The notes under the pieces: generated by a model
What the model saw: the letters and a program-made list of their open reading frames with translations, nothing else
Database searches by the model: none
What the model was told of the DNA's origin: nothing
Made by a program: the position numbers and the translations under genes
From: an uncultured delta proteobacterium
GTDB lineage: Bacteria; Myxococcota_A; UBA9160; UBA6930
Reading direction: 5' to 3'
DNA: 64,000 nucleotides
NCBI GenBank assembly: GCA_963766175.1
Contig: CAVXZE010000001.1
Span: forward strand, 257,555-321,554
In this document: piece after piece, positions 56,916 through 64,000 of the stretch
How the letters are laid out: every line of letters starts with the position of its first letter
Numbering within the stretch: position 1 is the stretch's first letter

Positions 56916-58187
56916 TCAGAGGAACCGTGATAGCGGGAGCCCGATCACGCGGCGCGTGATCACATGGGCTCGATCCGTGTCGTAGAGAACGGCTCCCCAC
57001 GGCGCCTGCTTGCCGTAGTCGTCGAGAAAGATCTCCAAGTGCCGAATGTCGCTGATTCGGATTCGGCGCGCCGTCTTGATCTCGAGCGGAATCAGCCTGG
57101 GTCCGCGCTCCACCACGAAGTCGACCTCTGCTCCGCCGGCCGTTCTCCAGTAGTGGATCTCCGACCGAGGATGGGTTGCCTCGCGCCAGGTGAGGAGTCC
57201 AGAGAGCACGGCGTTTTCTGCAAACGCACCGAGGAGAGGGCTGGAGCGCAACGCATTGACGCTGCTTACTCCCGCGAGATGTGCCGCGAGACCCGAGTCC
57301 GCCCAGTAGAGCTTCGGCGCTTTGATGAGTCGCTTCGAGGGATTGACGGAGTAGGGTGTCACCTTGTGGACCTGGAACGTGGTCTCCAACAGACCGAGGT
57401 AGCGATGCGTCGTCGCTTGGGAGATCCCCGCATCACGACCGAGTTCGCTCTGGTTCAAGAGCTGCCCGAGCCGATGCACGGCGAGACCCATCAGACGGCG
57501 GAAATCCGGCAGGGAGGCGATCTGTGAGAGATCCCGCAGATCTCGCTCGAGATAGGTCTGTACGTACCCGTCGAACCACTGGGCGCGCTCGCGGGCGGAG
57601 CGGGCGAGCGATGCGGGCGGCATCCCCCCTCTCAGGATCTCGCGCTGCCAGTTGCAGTCGGCGGCAGGGAGTTCGTTGATGCGTTGGGCGACCTCCGCTC
57701 CCCGACGGCAGGACGCGACCTCTGACCACGGTGGCAGGCGGCCCTCGCCCTGTCTCTCGCCGGCCGTGAACGGCGCAAGCAGGAGATAGACCGCACGGCC
57801 GGCCAGCGAGTCGGCGACCTGACGCATCAGCAGCAGGTTCGCAGATCCGGTGAGAAGAAAGCGCCCGCGCTGGCGCCGGGCGTCGACGTCCCGTTTGATG
57901 GCGAGGAGCAGTTCGGGGACGCGCTGGACCTCGTCGAGGGTCAGTCGTCTACCCCGGGCGAGAAGGTCCTCGGGACGGTCCCGAGCGAGTTCCAGGACGT
58001 CGAAGTCATCGAGGCTCTGGAGGCTTCGGTTGGCAGCGGAGGGTAGGTTGCGAACCAGAGTGGTCTTCCCGGTCTGTCGAGCTCCGGAGAGCACGACGAC
58101 CGGGTGAGTCTCGAGAGCGCGTTCGACGGCGGGCGCGAGCGCCCGCGGACGATAAGTGGGCTCTTTCATGTAGTGAATGATAATCAT
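56916..58187 (-). CDS. AAA+ ATPase with DUF4143-type C-terminal domain
   Basis: Walker A LSGARQTGKTTL and Walker B RLTLDEVQ. The C-terminal half is typical of the AAA_14/DUF4143 family. An alternative start is ATG at 58169 (MKEPTYRP...). Confidence 0.85.
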   Translation of the reverse strand: MIIIHYMKEPTYRPRALAPAVERALETHPVVVLSGARQTGKTTLVRNLPSAANRSLQSLDDFDVLELARDRPEDLLARGRRLTLDEVQRVPELLLAIKRDVDARRQRGRFLLTGSANLLLMRQVADSLAGRAVYLLLAPFTAGERQGEGRLPPWSEVASCRRGAEVAQRINELPAADCNWQREILRGGMPPASLARSARERAQWFDGYVQTYLERDLRDLSQIASLPDFRRLMGLAVHRLGQLLNQSELGRDAGISQATTHRYLGLLETTFQVHKVTPYSVNPSKRLIKAPKLYWADSGLAAHLAGVSSVNALRSSPLLGAFAENAVLSGLLTWREATHPRSEIHYWRTAGGAEVDFVVERGPRLIPLEIKTARRIRISDIRHLEIFLDDYGKQAPWGAVLYDTDRAHVITRRVIGLPLSRFL

Positions 58188-58201
58188 TCACTACATGAAA
58201 G
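58163..58201. repeat. 39-bp perfect palindrome overlapping the ATPase start codon
   Basis: ctttcatgtagtgaatgat-a-atcattcactacatgaaag has 19-bp arms with no mismatch. It is AT-rich in a GC-rich context. Confidence 0.9.
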
Positions 58202-58499
58202 ACCAGCACGACTGAGCGGTGGGGAAGAGCGGGCTTCTGACGAGAACGCTGCACCCGGCGAACACGCAGTTCTCGAGCCGCAACTAATGCATTTAAGTAT
58301 TTGTAATGAAAACAGTTTCAAAGATCGCGGCTGGATTCGAGTCCGGCTCGCCCCATCGAGCGTAGTGAGAATCGAGGTCACCCCGGAACTGCTCGAACCG
58401 CGTGCCCACTGCGTGCCCAAACGGGCACGCTGCTGCGGCTTGGTGCGGCTCCTTGCGGCTTCCTAGCTGGAATCCTCAGGCTTTTCGGGCTCTTCGGGA

Positions 58500-58549
58500 A
58501 CGTTGCCAACGTGGAAGTCGCCGGTTCGAACCCGGTCTCGTGCTCCAGG
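58500..58549 (+). repeat. attR-type direct repeat (displaced 3' tRNA-Gly fragment)
   Basis: Identical 50-mer with no 5' half of a tRNA upstream. It is followed by its own terminator-like hairpin at 58558-58586. Confidence 0.85.
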
Positions 58550-58557
58550 TTTTGTGA

Positions 58558-58590
58558 ACGTCCTCGGCTAGTTAGGCCGGGGGCGTTTTC
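58558..58590 (+). terminator. Terminator-like hairpin after the displaced tRNA 3' fragment
   Basis: An 11-bp stem acgtcctcggc / gccgggggcgt (two G-U pairs) with loop tagttag, followed by ttttc. Confidence 0.6.
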
Positions 58591-58805
58591 GTTGCTGGCT
58601 CACGGGACTCCTCCGGCCGCCTCAATCCTAGCCTCTGAGGTGTCCACGAGACCGGGTGAAGTCCAACCTCCATCCGAAGAGGTCGAGCGTAGTATCGGAG
58701 TTTTCGCCTCCGAATTTCGGAGTAGAGGAGCTCCGAGCTCACCACAGAAAGCTTTGCCTGCGGCACGACTCTTGCTTCGAGAAGGAGCCGCCACCTGAGG
58801 ACTCG

Positions 58806-59366
58806 ATGGGTCTTGAAAATGGCTATGGGAAGCTTGGCGCCTCTTACACGAAGGGGCTCGGAGAAGTGAAGGTTCTTCTAACAGAAAGCGATGGGCTTAC
58901 GCGCGCCGCGGCGAAGGCCGTCTTGGAGAACATGGGCATAGGAGTGATCTCAGCTCGATCCGCCGCGCGCGCTCTGGATCTCTGCAATGCCCCACACCTA
59001 CGGTTCGATGTCCTGGTCCTCGGACCATCGCTGCTCGACCCTGGACTGGACATGTCCCTTAAGCGCGTCCTCTCTCTGCAGCCGGGCCTCCGAGTCCTCG
59101 CGTTAACTGCAGGCAACCGTGACCCAGCTGCTGGGTCAAGAATGACACCCCTTGCGGTCTGCTGGGCTCTGGAACGCATCGGCTGCGAGTATTCCTTGCT
59201 GGACGATCCGTGGACTGGCCCGCGGCTGCTCCAATGCCTGCAGGAGCTCTTGGCGCGTTCCTGTGAACCAGTCGCTTACGAGCACGCCTCGCAGGGAGCC
59301 GAGGATGATCGCTTTCCGGGGGGGACGCAACGTCCCTCTCGTATGCGAACGAGGGTGAAGTTGTGA
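58806..59366 (+). CDS. Receiver-like (pseudo-receiver) domain protein
   Basis: VKVLLTESDGLTRAAAKAVLENMGIGVISARSAARALDL...FDVLVLGPSLL...VLALTAG has receiver topology, but Gly sits at the expected phospho-Asp position. The start is uncertain: ORF open from 58656, ATG at 58806, GTG at 58866. Confidence 0.5.
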   Translation: MGLENGYGKLGASYTKGLGEVKVLLTESDGLTRAAAKAVLENMGIGVISARSAARALDLCNAPHLRFDVLVLGPSLLDPGLDMSLKRVLSLQPGLRVLALTAGNRDPAAGSRMTPLAVCWALERIGCEYSLLDDPWTGPRLLQCLQELLARSCEPVAYEHASQGAEDDRFPGGTQRPSRMRTRVKL

Positions 59367-59776
59367 GTGGGCGGAAGATGGTGAACGTGATCGACGAACT
59401 CCGGGACAACTTCGAGGAACTCAAGCAGACGAGGAGGGAACTCTTGCCTCGACTGCAGTTCCATGACCCGGAGGTGAGAGATCGTCGCGAGCGGCTCGAG
59501 AACCTCTGGAAGCGGCTTCGTCGCAGAATGCGCCGCTTGGTCCCAGTTGCGGAGGCAAAGGTGTCCGCGGACGTCGAGGAGGCAGAGTTGCTCCAAGAGG
59601 AGCTTCGCGACCGCTACCAAGAGCTGCGCCAGTTCCTTGACGCCCCTGAGAGGCCTACCGGTGGAAGCCGGTGCCCTTCGCGTCGCTCTTTTCGACCCAG
59701 TGGCCGCCGTCCGTCATCACCTCACGATCCCGAGTCGCGCGGACAGCGCCGCGATCGAGGAGCGGCGAGCTGGTGA
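59363..59776 (+). CDS. Hypothetical charged coiled-coil protein
   Basis: The GTGA start overlaps the upstream stop. The first ~90 aa (VIDELRDNFEELKQTRRELLPRL...EEAELLQEELRDRYQELRQFL) look protein-like. The Arg/Ser/Pro-rich tail is suspect. Confidence 0.35.
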   Translation: MSGRKMVNVIDELRDNFEELKQTRRELLPRLQFHDPEVRDRRERLENLWKRLRRRMRRLVPVAEAKVSADVEEAELLQEELRDRYQELRQFLDAPERPTGGSRCPSRRSFRPSGRRPSSPHDPESRGQRRDRGAASW

Positions 59777-61069
59777 GAAAAGCGGGCTAGCCGCTGGCAT
59801 CATCAAGGCCCAAACGCAGGCTTGGAGGAGGGAGGTGCCGCCGATGACGGCGGGCCAACCCCTCCCGCCCCCATTTCAGGCCTTGACCGGGGTTTCGGTC
59901 AGAGGCGCAGAAACGCGGAGCGGGCGATGGAAGAAGTAGATAGGGGTCCCCCCAGTCGCGGACGCACCGCCGTGAGTTCCTCCTCCACTTCCCTCCTAAG
60001 GCCAGTGTGACATCATCGCCAACCGTACAGGCCGACGGATCCATGCGGAGCCAGGAGTGTGGTGGTTGTTACGCGATCGGGGGTAGGGAATCCGACGCGC
60101 TCAGGTTCTCGGGCCTCTAGACTCCGATGCTTGGCGAGACACCCATTCGATTCGTAAAAGCGATCCCCTCCCAATGGTGTCGTCGGTTTCCGCAGTTGTC
60201 TCGTCGCCCTGGGGCTTCGACCGGCTGGCTGTGCGCCGGCTCAAGGGTGGGCTCGACCTCTCTGATGGAGGGGCCAGGCTCGAAGAGCTGGTTGTTTGTC
60301 AGAGCAATCACACGGATCGATAGGAAACCGCCGCTTTCTGATCAAGTTCGGCGATGGGACTACTCCGGATCGGATGACTCCCGCGGTGGAGCTGGGAGAT
60401 TCACCCGGCCGATGGTCGCTACGGTCCTCCGGCGTAACCTTCAGCGCCCCTGTGCCCCAGGGCCTAGCCCCGCGAGATCCCCGCTCAGGGGCGGGGAGTG
60501 GGCTTTGGGGCGCCCCCGTTACCTCCCGAGGACCAAACATCATCTGGGGCTCCCATGCACCCATTCGAGTGAGTTGACGGTGCGCCACGCGTGCGGACTG
60601 CAGCGAGCCAGGTAGCCCCACCGGAGCACCTGGAAGCGTTCGCGAAAAGAGGCACCAAAGTGAGGCACGGCATCGGGTGCTGTGAGAACGCTGGTTGCGA
60701 ACGCAGCGACCGGATAATTCTCCCGAACCAGGAAGAAGTCTTCTCCTGCGGCCGACCTGGGAAGGTCGAGATGGAACGCGGCTTTCTCACTGGGAAGACC
60801 GGCATCATCAGAGAAGTTCGCGTCGAGTACCACTTCGACCCTAGAAAGAGACGCTGTCGGGCGACCGCGATCGTGCGGGATGAGAGCCTCCCTGGCGGTT
60901 TGGACCTCTACACGCGCCTCTCGCCCCCCACCAGAAGCGAGGAGAGTGCTCTTAGCCTTGCCGAGGCGCTCTGCGAGCAGCAGCGGTAGAGAAATGGGTA
61001 TGGCGCCGACCCTCAACAGAGAAGGACGCAAGAGCCGGCGGTGGCGGTGCGCCGGGAGCCCAGCCAACC

Positions 61070-61657
61070 TCAAGGGAGTAGAGAGACGGCTCCGGTCGAG
61101 AGGTCGAAGACGCCGCCGACCACCCGAAATGCACCTGAACGAACGCCGCTTGCGATCACTGGCTCCGCAGCCGCCAAGTGCTCCACCGTCATTCGCACGT
61201 TTTCGCGCACCGCATTCGAGAGCAGGTCTCCGTCCAGCTCTTGGCAGCGGATCACCGGCTCCCGAAGGGCACTCACCAGGTCCGGGAGGTGCCCCGGGAG
61301 TTTGGCGCCCTCTCGCAGGCTTTCGATGGCTGCGGAGACAGCCCCGCACGAAGAGTGGCCCAGGACGAGAACTACCTGCACACCGAGGACGTCCACCGCG
61401 AACTCGATCGACGCGAGACCGTCGGCGTTCAGGAAGTTCCCCGCCACCCGCACGACGAAGAGCTTGCCCGGACCCTGGTCGAACAGCTCTTCGCACACGA
61501 CCCGGGAGTCTGAGCAGCTCAGCACCGCAGCGATCGGATGCTGTTCCCCCACGAGCGCGTCGCGGTCGATGTGATGGCCGTATTTGCGCGTCACCCCGTG
61601 GCGGTAGCGTTCGTTGCCTTCGAGGAGCTCGCGGATTGCTTCGTCGCACTGGGGCAT
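61070..61657 (-). CDS. Beta-class carbonic anhydrase
   Basis: 195 aa with zinc ligand motifs CSDSRV and HSSCGAV, and an N-terminal LLEGNERY. Confidence 0.9.
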   Translation of the reverse strand: MPQCDEAIRELLEGNERYRHGVTRKYGHHIDRDALVGEQHPIAAVLSCSDSRVVCEELFDQGPGKLFVVRVAGNFLNADGLASIEFAVDVLGVQVVLVLGHSSCGAVSAAIESLREGAKLPGHLPDLVSALREPVIRCQELDGDLLSNAVRENVRMTVEHLAAAEPVIASGVRSGAFRVVGGVFDLSTGAVSLLP

Positions 61658-61843
61658 GTCTGTCGCGCACTTCGAGTAGCGCGCCCGGCTCGCGCTCCCT
61701 GCGGAGCGGGCGCCAGCGGAAGCCTACCAGATCAGAGCCCCTTTTGGCGCGCAGAACACAGGGAGACTGGAATCGGCGTATGTTGATTGCTTATCTTGTC
61801 GCTTGCGGGTCGGGCACCCGATGAAGCGGTGGAGGAAAGGACG

Positions 61844-64000
61844 ATGATACGTCGGCTCGAATCACTTGACTATCACTCCAGGGAACGGCCGGGGAAGATC
61901 GAAGTGACCGTGACCAAGCCGGTCTTGACGCAGCGCGATCTCATGTGCGCCTACATGCCCGGCGTGACCGAGCCGTGTCATCTCATCGCCGAGAATCCAG
62001 ACAAGGTTTATGAATACACGGCCAAGCAGAACCTGGTCGCGGTGATTACGGATGGGAGTGCAGTCCTTACTCTAGGTGACATTGGCCCGTTGGCCGCCAA
62101 GCCGATGATGGAAGGCAAGAGCGTTCTCTTCAAGCGCTTCGCCGACATCGATGGCTTCGATCTCGAGCTCGACACTCAGAATCCCGAGGAATTCATCTCC
62201 GCGGTCCGGCTTCTCGAGCCCACTTTCGGGGCGATCTGTCTCGAGGACATCGTCTCCCCCAAGTGCTTCTTCATCGAGGAGGAGCTGCGGAGCCAGATGC
62301 GGATCCCAGTCTTCCACGACAAGCAGCATGGGGCGGCGACCGTCTGTGTGGCGGCGCTTCTCAATGCTCTCGAGCTGCAGCGAAAGAGGGTCGAGGATAT
62401 CCGTCTGGTGATCGCCGGCACCGGACCTTCTGGCATAGGCTGCGGCAACCTCCTGCTCGAGCTGGGTGCGGGTCTCGAGAACGTTCTGATGATCGATGAC
62501 CGGGGCGTGCTCTACGAGGGTCGCAAGGGGGAAATGAATCCCTACGAGGCTCGTTTTTCGCGAGAGACAGAGGCGCGAACGCTCGCCGACGCGATGCAGG
62601 GGGCAGACGTCCTGGTGGGCTGCTCCGTAGGGGGGTTGGTGACCCCGAAGATGGTTGCCTCCATGGCAGAAAGACCAGTCATTCTTGCGCTGGCCAGCCC
62701 GGACCCGGAGATCTCGTACCACGAGGCCCGCTCGGTGCGGGACGATCTGATCATGGCGACCAGGCGAACCGACTGCCCCAACGAGGTCAGCAACAGCCTG
62801 GCTTTCCCCTTCATTCTCAGGGGGGCCCTGGATGTGCGTGCGACGACGATCAACAGCGAGATGATGCTCGCAGCCGCCCGAGCGCTCGCCGAACTGGCGC
62901 GGGAAGATCTGCCGAAGGAGTTGTCCGAGGAGTATGGCGAACAGGTCACGCGCTTTGGGATGGAGCACATCCTGCCCAAGCCCCTCGACCAGCGCATCCT
63001 GTTTCGGGTGCCGCCGGCCGTGGCTCAGGCTGCCGTGGAGACCGGGGTCGCCCGCCGGCAGCTCGATCCAGACCAGCACCGAGAGCGCCTGCAGCGGATC
63101 TTGAGTCCCGCGCAACAGATCGTAAGAGTCTTCATCCAGAAGGCCCAGGCGAGTCCGAGGCGCATTGTCTTCCCGGAGGGCAATGACGAGCGGATTCTCA
63201 GAGCCTGCCAGATCGCCGTAGATGAGGGCATCGCCCGGCCTGTGCTTCTCGGATCCACACAGGTCATCGAGGACTGTTTCCGTGTCCTGGATCTCGATCT
63301 CCGGGACCGAGTCGAGATCATCGATCCAACCGGGAGCCCGGATTTCGGGCGCTACTGCGAGCTGGTCCTCCAGAGGCGGAGCCGTCGCGGCCTGACGCTT
63401 CCGGACGCTCGCAACCTTCTGCGCGGCCGCAATTATTTTGCCATGGCGATGCTCGTCGCGGGTGATGTCGACGGAGCCGTGACCGGTCAGACCAGGAACT
63501 ATGCCGACGCGATCAGGCCCGCCCTAGAGATCGTCGGGCTCCGGGAAGGGGTCGAACGCGCCGCCGGGATGTACATGGTGATCTCGAAGAACAGCGTCAA
63601 GTTCTTTGCCGATACGACCGTGAATCTGGAACCGGACGAGAAGACGATCGCCGAGGTCGCCATCGTCTGTGCCGACTCGGTGCGCGAGCTCGGGGTGGAG
63701 CCTCGCATCGCGCTCCTCAGCTTCTCCAACTTCGGCTCAGTCCGCCATCCCCACGCCGAGAAGATGGCGCGAGCCACGGAAATCGTGCGGTCCTTGAGAC
63801 CTGACCTGGAGATCGACGGGGAGATGCAGGCGAACGTGGCCCTCGACGGAGATCTGCTCAAGGATCTCTATCCCTTCTGCCACTTGAAGGGTGAGGCGAA
63901 CGTACTGATCTTTCCCAACCTCGATGCGGGCAACATCGCCTACAAGCTGATGGAACGATTCGGCGGAGCCGAGGTGATTGGCCCGATCTTGATGGGCCTG
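61844..64000 (+). CDS. maeB: NADP-malic-enzyme-like protein with C-terminal phosphotransacetylase-like domain (MaeB type), 3' end beyond window
   Basis: Self-translated; it is absent from the ORF track because no stop lies in the window. LAVITDGSAVLTLGDIGPLAAKPMMEGKSVLFKRFADID, ICLEDI, PVFHDKQHGAAT, then the PTA-like domain RIVFPEGNDERILRA...GEMQANVAL...NLDAGNIAYKL. 719 codons remain open to position 64000. Confidence 0.92.
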   Translation, partial: MIRRLESLDYHSRERPGKIEVTVTKPVLTQRDLMCAYMPGVTEPCHLIAENPDKVYEYTAKQNLVAVITDGSAVLTLGDIGPLAAKPMMEGKSVLFKRFADIDGFDLELDTQNPEEFISAVRLLEPTFGAICLEDIVSPKCFFIEEELRSQMRIPVFHDKQHGAATVCVAALLNALELQRKRVEDIRLVIAGTGPSGIGCGNLLLELGAGLENVLMIDDRGVLYEGRKGEMNPYEARFSRETEARTLADAMQGADVLVGCSVGGLVTPKMVASMAERPVILALASPDPEISYHEARSVRDDLIMATRRTDCPNEVSNSLAFPFILRGALDVRATTINSEMMLAAARALAELAREDLPKELSEEYGEQVTRFGMEHILPKPLDQRILFRVPPAVAQAAVETGVARRQLDPDQHRERLQRILSPAQQIVRVFIQKAQASPRRIVFPEGNDERILRACQIAVDEGIARPVLLGSTQVIEDCFRVLDLDLRDRVEIIDPTGSPDFGRYCELVLQRRSRRGLTLPDARNLLRGRNYFAMAMLVAGDVDGAVTGQTRNYADAIRPALEIVGLREGVERAAGMYMVISKNSVKFFADTTVNLEPDEKTIAEVAIVCADSVRELGVEPRIALLSFSNFGSVRHPHAEKMARATEIVRSLRPDLEIDGEMQANVALDGDLLKDLYPFCHLKGEANVLIFPNLDAGNIAYKLMERFGGAEVIGPILMGL

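Larger units (their letters stand above)
37883..58549. mobile_element. ~20.6-kb genomic island integrated in the 3' end of tRNA-Gly (no recognisable integrase; IS-ridden)
   Basis: An exact 50-bp direct repeat (37883-37932 = 58500-58549) comprises the 3' part of the tRNA. The interior holds four IS types, pseudogene fragments and accessory signalling genes. Confidence 0.75.

Noticed and set aside
58321-58368. tRNA/tmRNA-like 3' end (gcggctggattcgagtccggctcgcccca) near the right island border
   Set aside because: The T-arm can only be drawn with a non-canonical 6- or 8-nt loop. No complementary acceptor 5' strand (ggggcga) exists within ~80 nt upstream, and there are no D or anticodon arms.
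60071-60099. Match to the IS5 leader (gat.gggggtaggga) suggesting an IS5 remnant outside the island
   Set aside because: Only an 11-nt exact core plus a few flanking matches with an indel. A hit of that size is expected by chance in 64 kb, and no inverted-repeat sequence accompanies it.
60540-61670. 376-aa minus-strand ORF overlapping the carbonic anhydrase gene
   Set aside because: Its first ~200 codons are an alternative frame of the well-supported carbonic anhydrase ORF (Arg/Pro/Gly-rich). Only its last ~150 codons remain an open question, noted under the coding-poor-region finding.

Overview
This is a high-GC bacterial chromosome segment. Its gene content looks Myxococcota-like: many PilZ, TPR and Ser/Thr-kinase proteins, sigma-54 activators, DUF4388 and DUF2378/TIGR02265-type paralogs. 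That taxonomic call is inference only.

The window has three parts.

(1) 1-37.9 kb is conserved core. It holds a C-terminal-kinase Ser/Thr kinase with a strict 13-residue repeat array, lpxC, and a PilZ gene downstream of a 2675-aa TPR giant. It continues with ntrY/ntrX-like genes, pyrK-pyrD (pyrD frameshifted in a G11 run) and the rimP-nusA-infB-DUF503-rbfA-truB-rpsO-pnp-dut superoperon. It ends with cdsA, purF, a gamma-glutamyl synthetase/hydrolase pair, a PilZ-PilZ-DUF4388 protein, nadB, an SLT transglycosylase, pgsA, a nucleotide-sugar dehydrogenase and tRNA-Gly(GCC).

(2) 37.9-58.5 kb is a ~20.6-kb genomic island inserted in the 3' end of tRNA-Gly. It is bounded by an exact 50-bp direct repeat and has no recognisable integrase.
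- IS content: an IS5 element, an rve-transposase IS plus a solo end, an IS3/IS481-like IS plus a 268-bp deletion derivative and decayed fragments, and an IS630 with an A7 frameshift site.
- Pseudogene debris is also present.
- Cargo: three DUF2378-like paralogs, an orphan response regulator, and a compact signalling cluster. In that cluster two paralogous 7TM histidine kinases are each divergently paired with a PilZ-containing partner (receiver-like-PilZ and GGDEF-PilZ). They are followed by a polytopic membrane protein, a HEAT/SEC-C protein and a DUF4143 AAA ATPase.

(3) 58.5-64 kb holds a receiver-like protein, a coding-poor lower-GC stretch, a beta-carbonic anhydrase and a 3'-truncated maeB-like malic enzyme with an unusual active-site substitution.

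No CRISPR array or rRNA was seen. The candidate I consider most worth follow-up is the island-borne HK / PilZ / GGDEF cluster. Its function is not established by anything I can see here.
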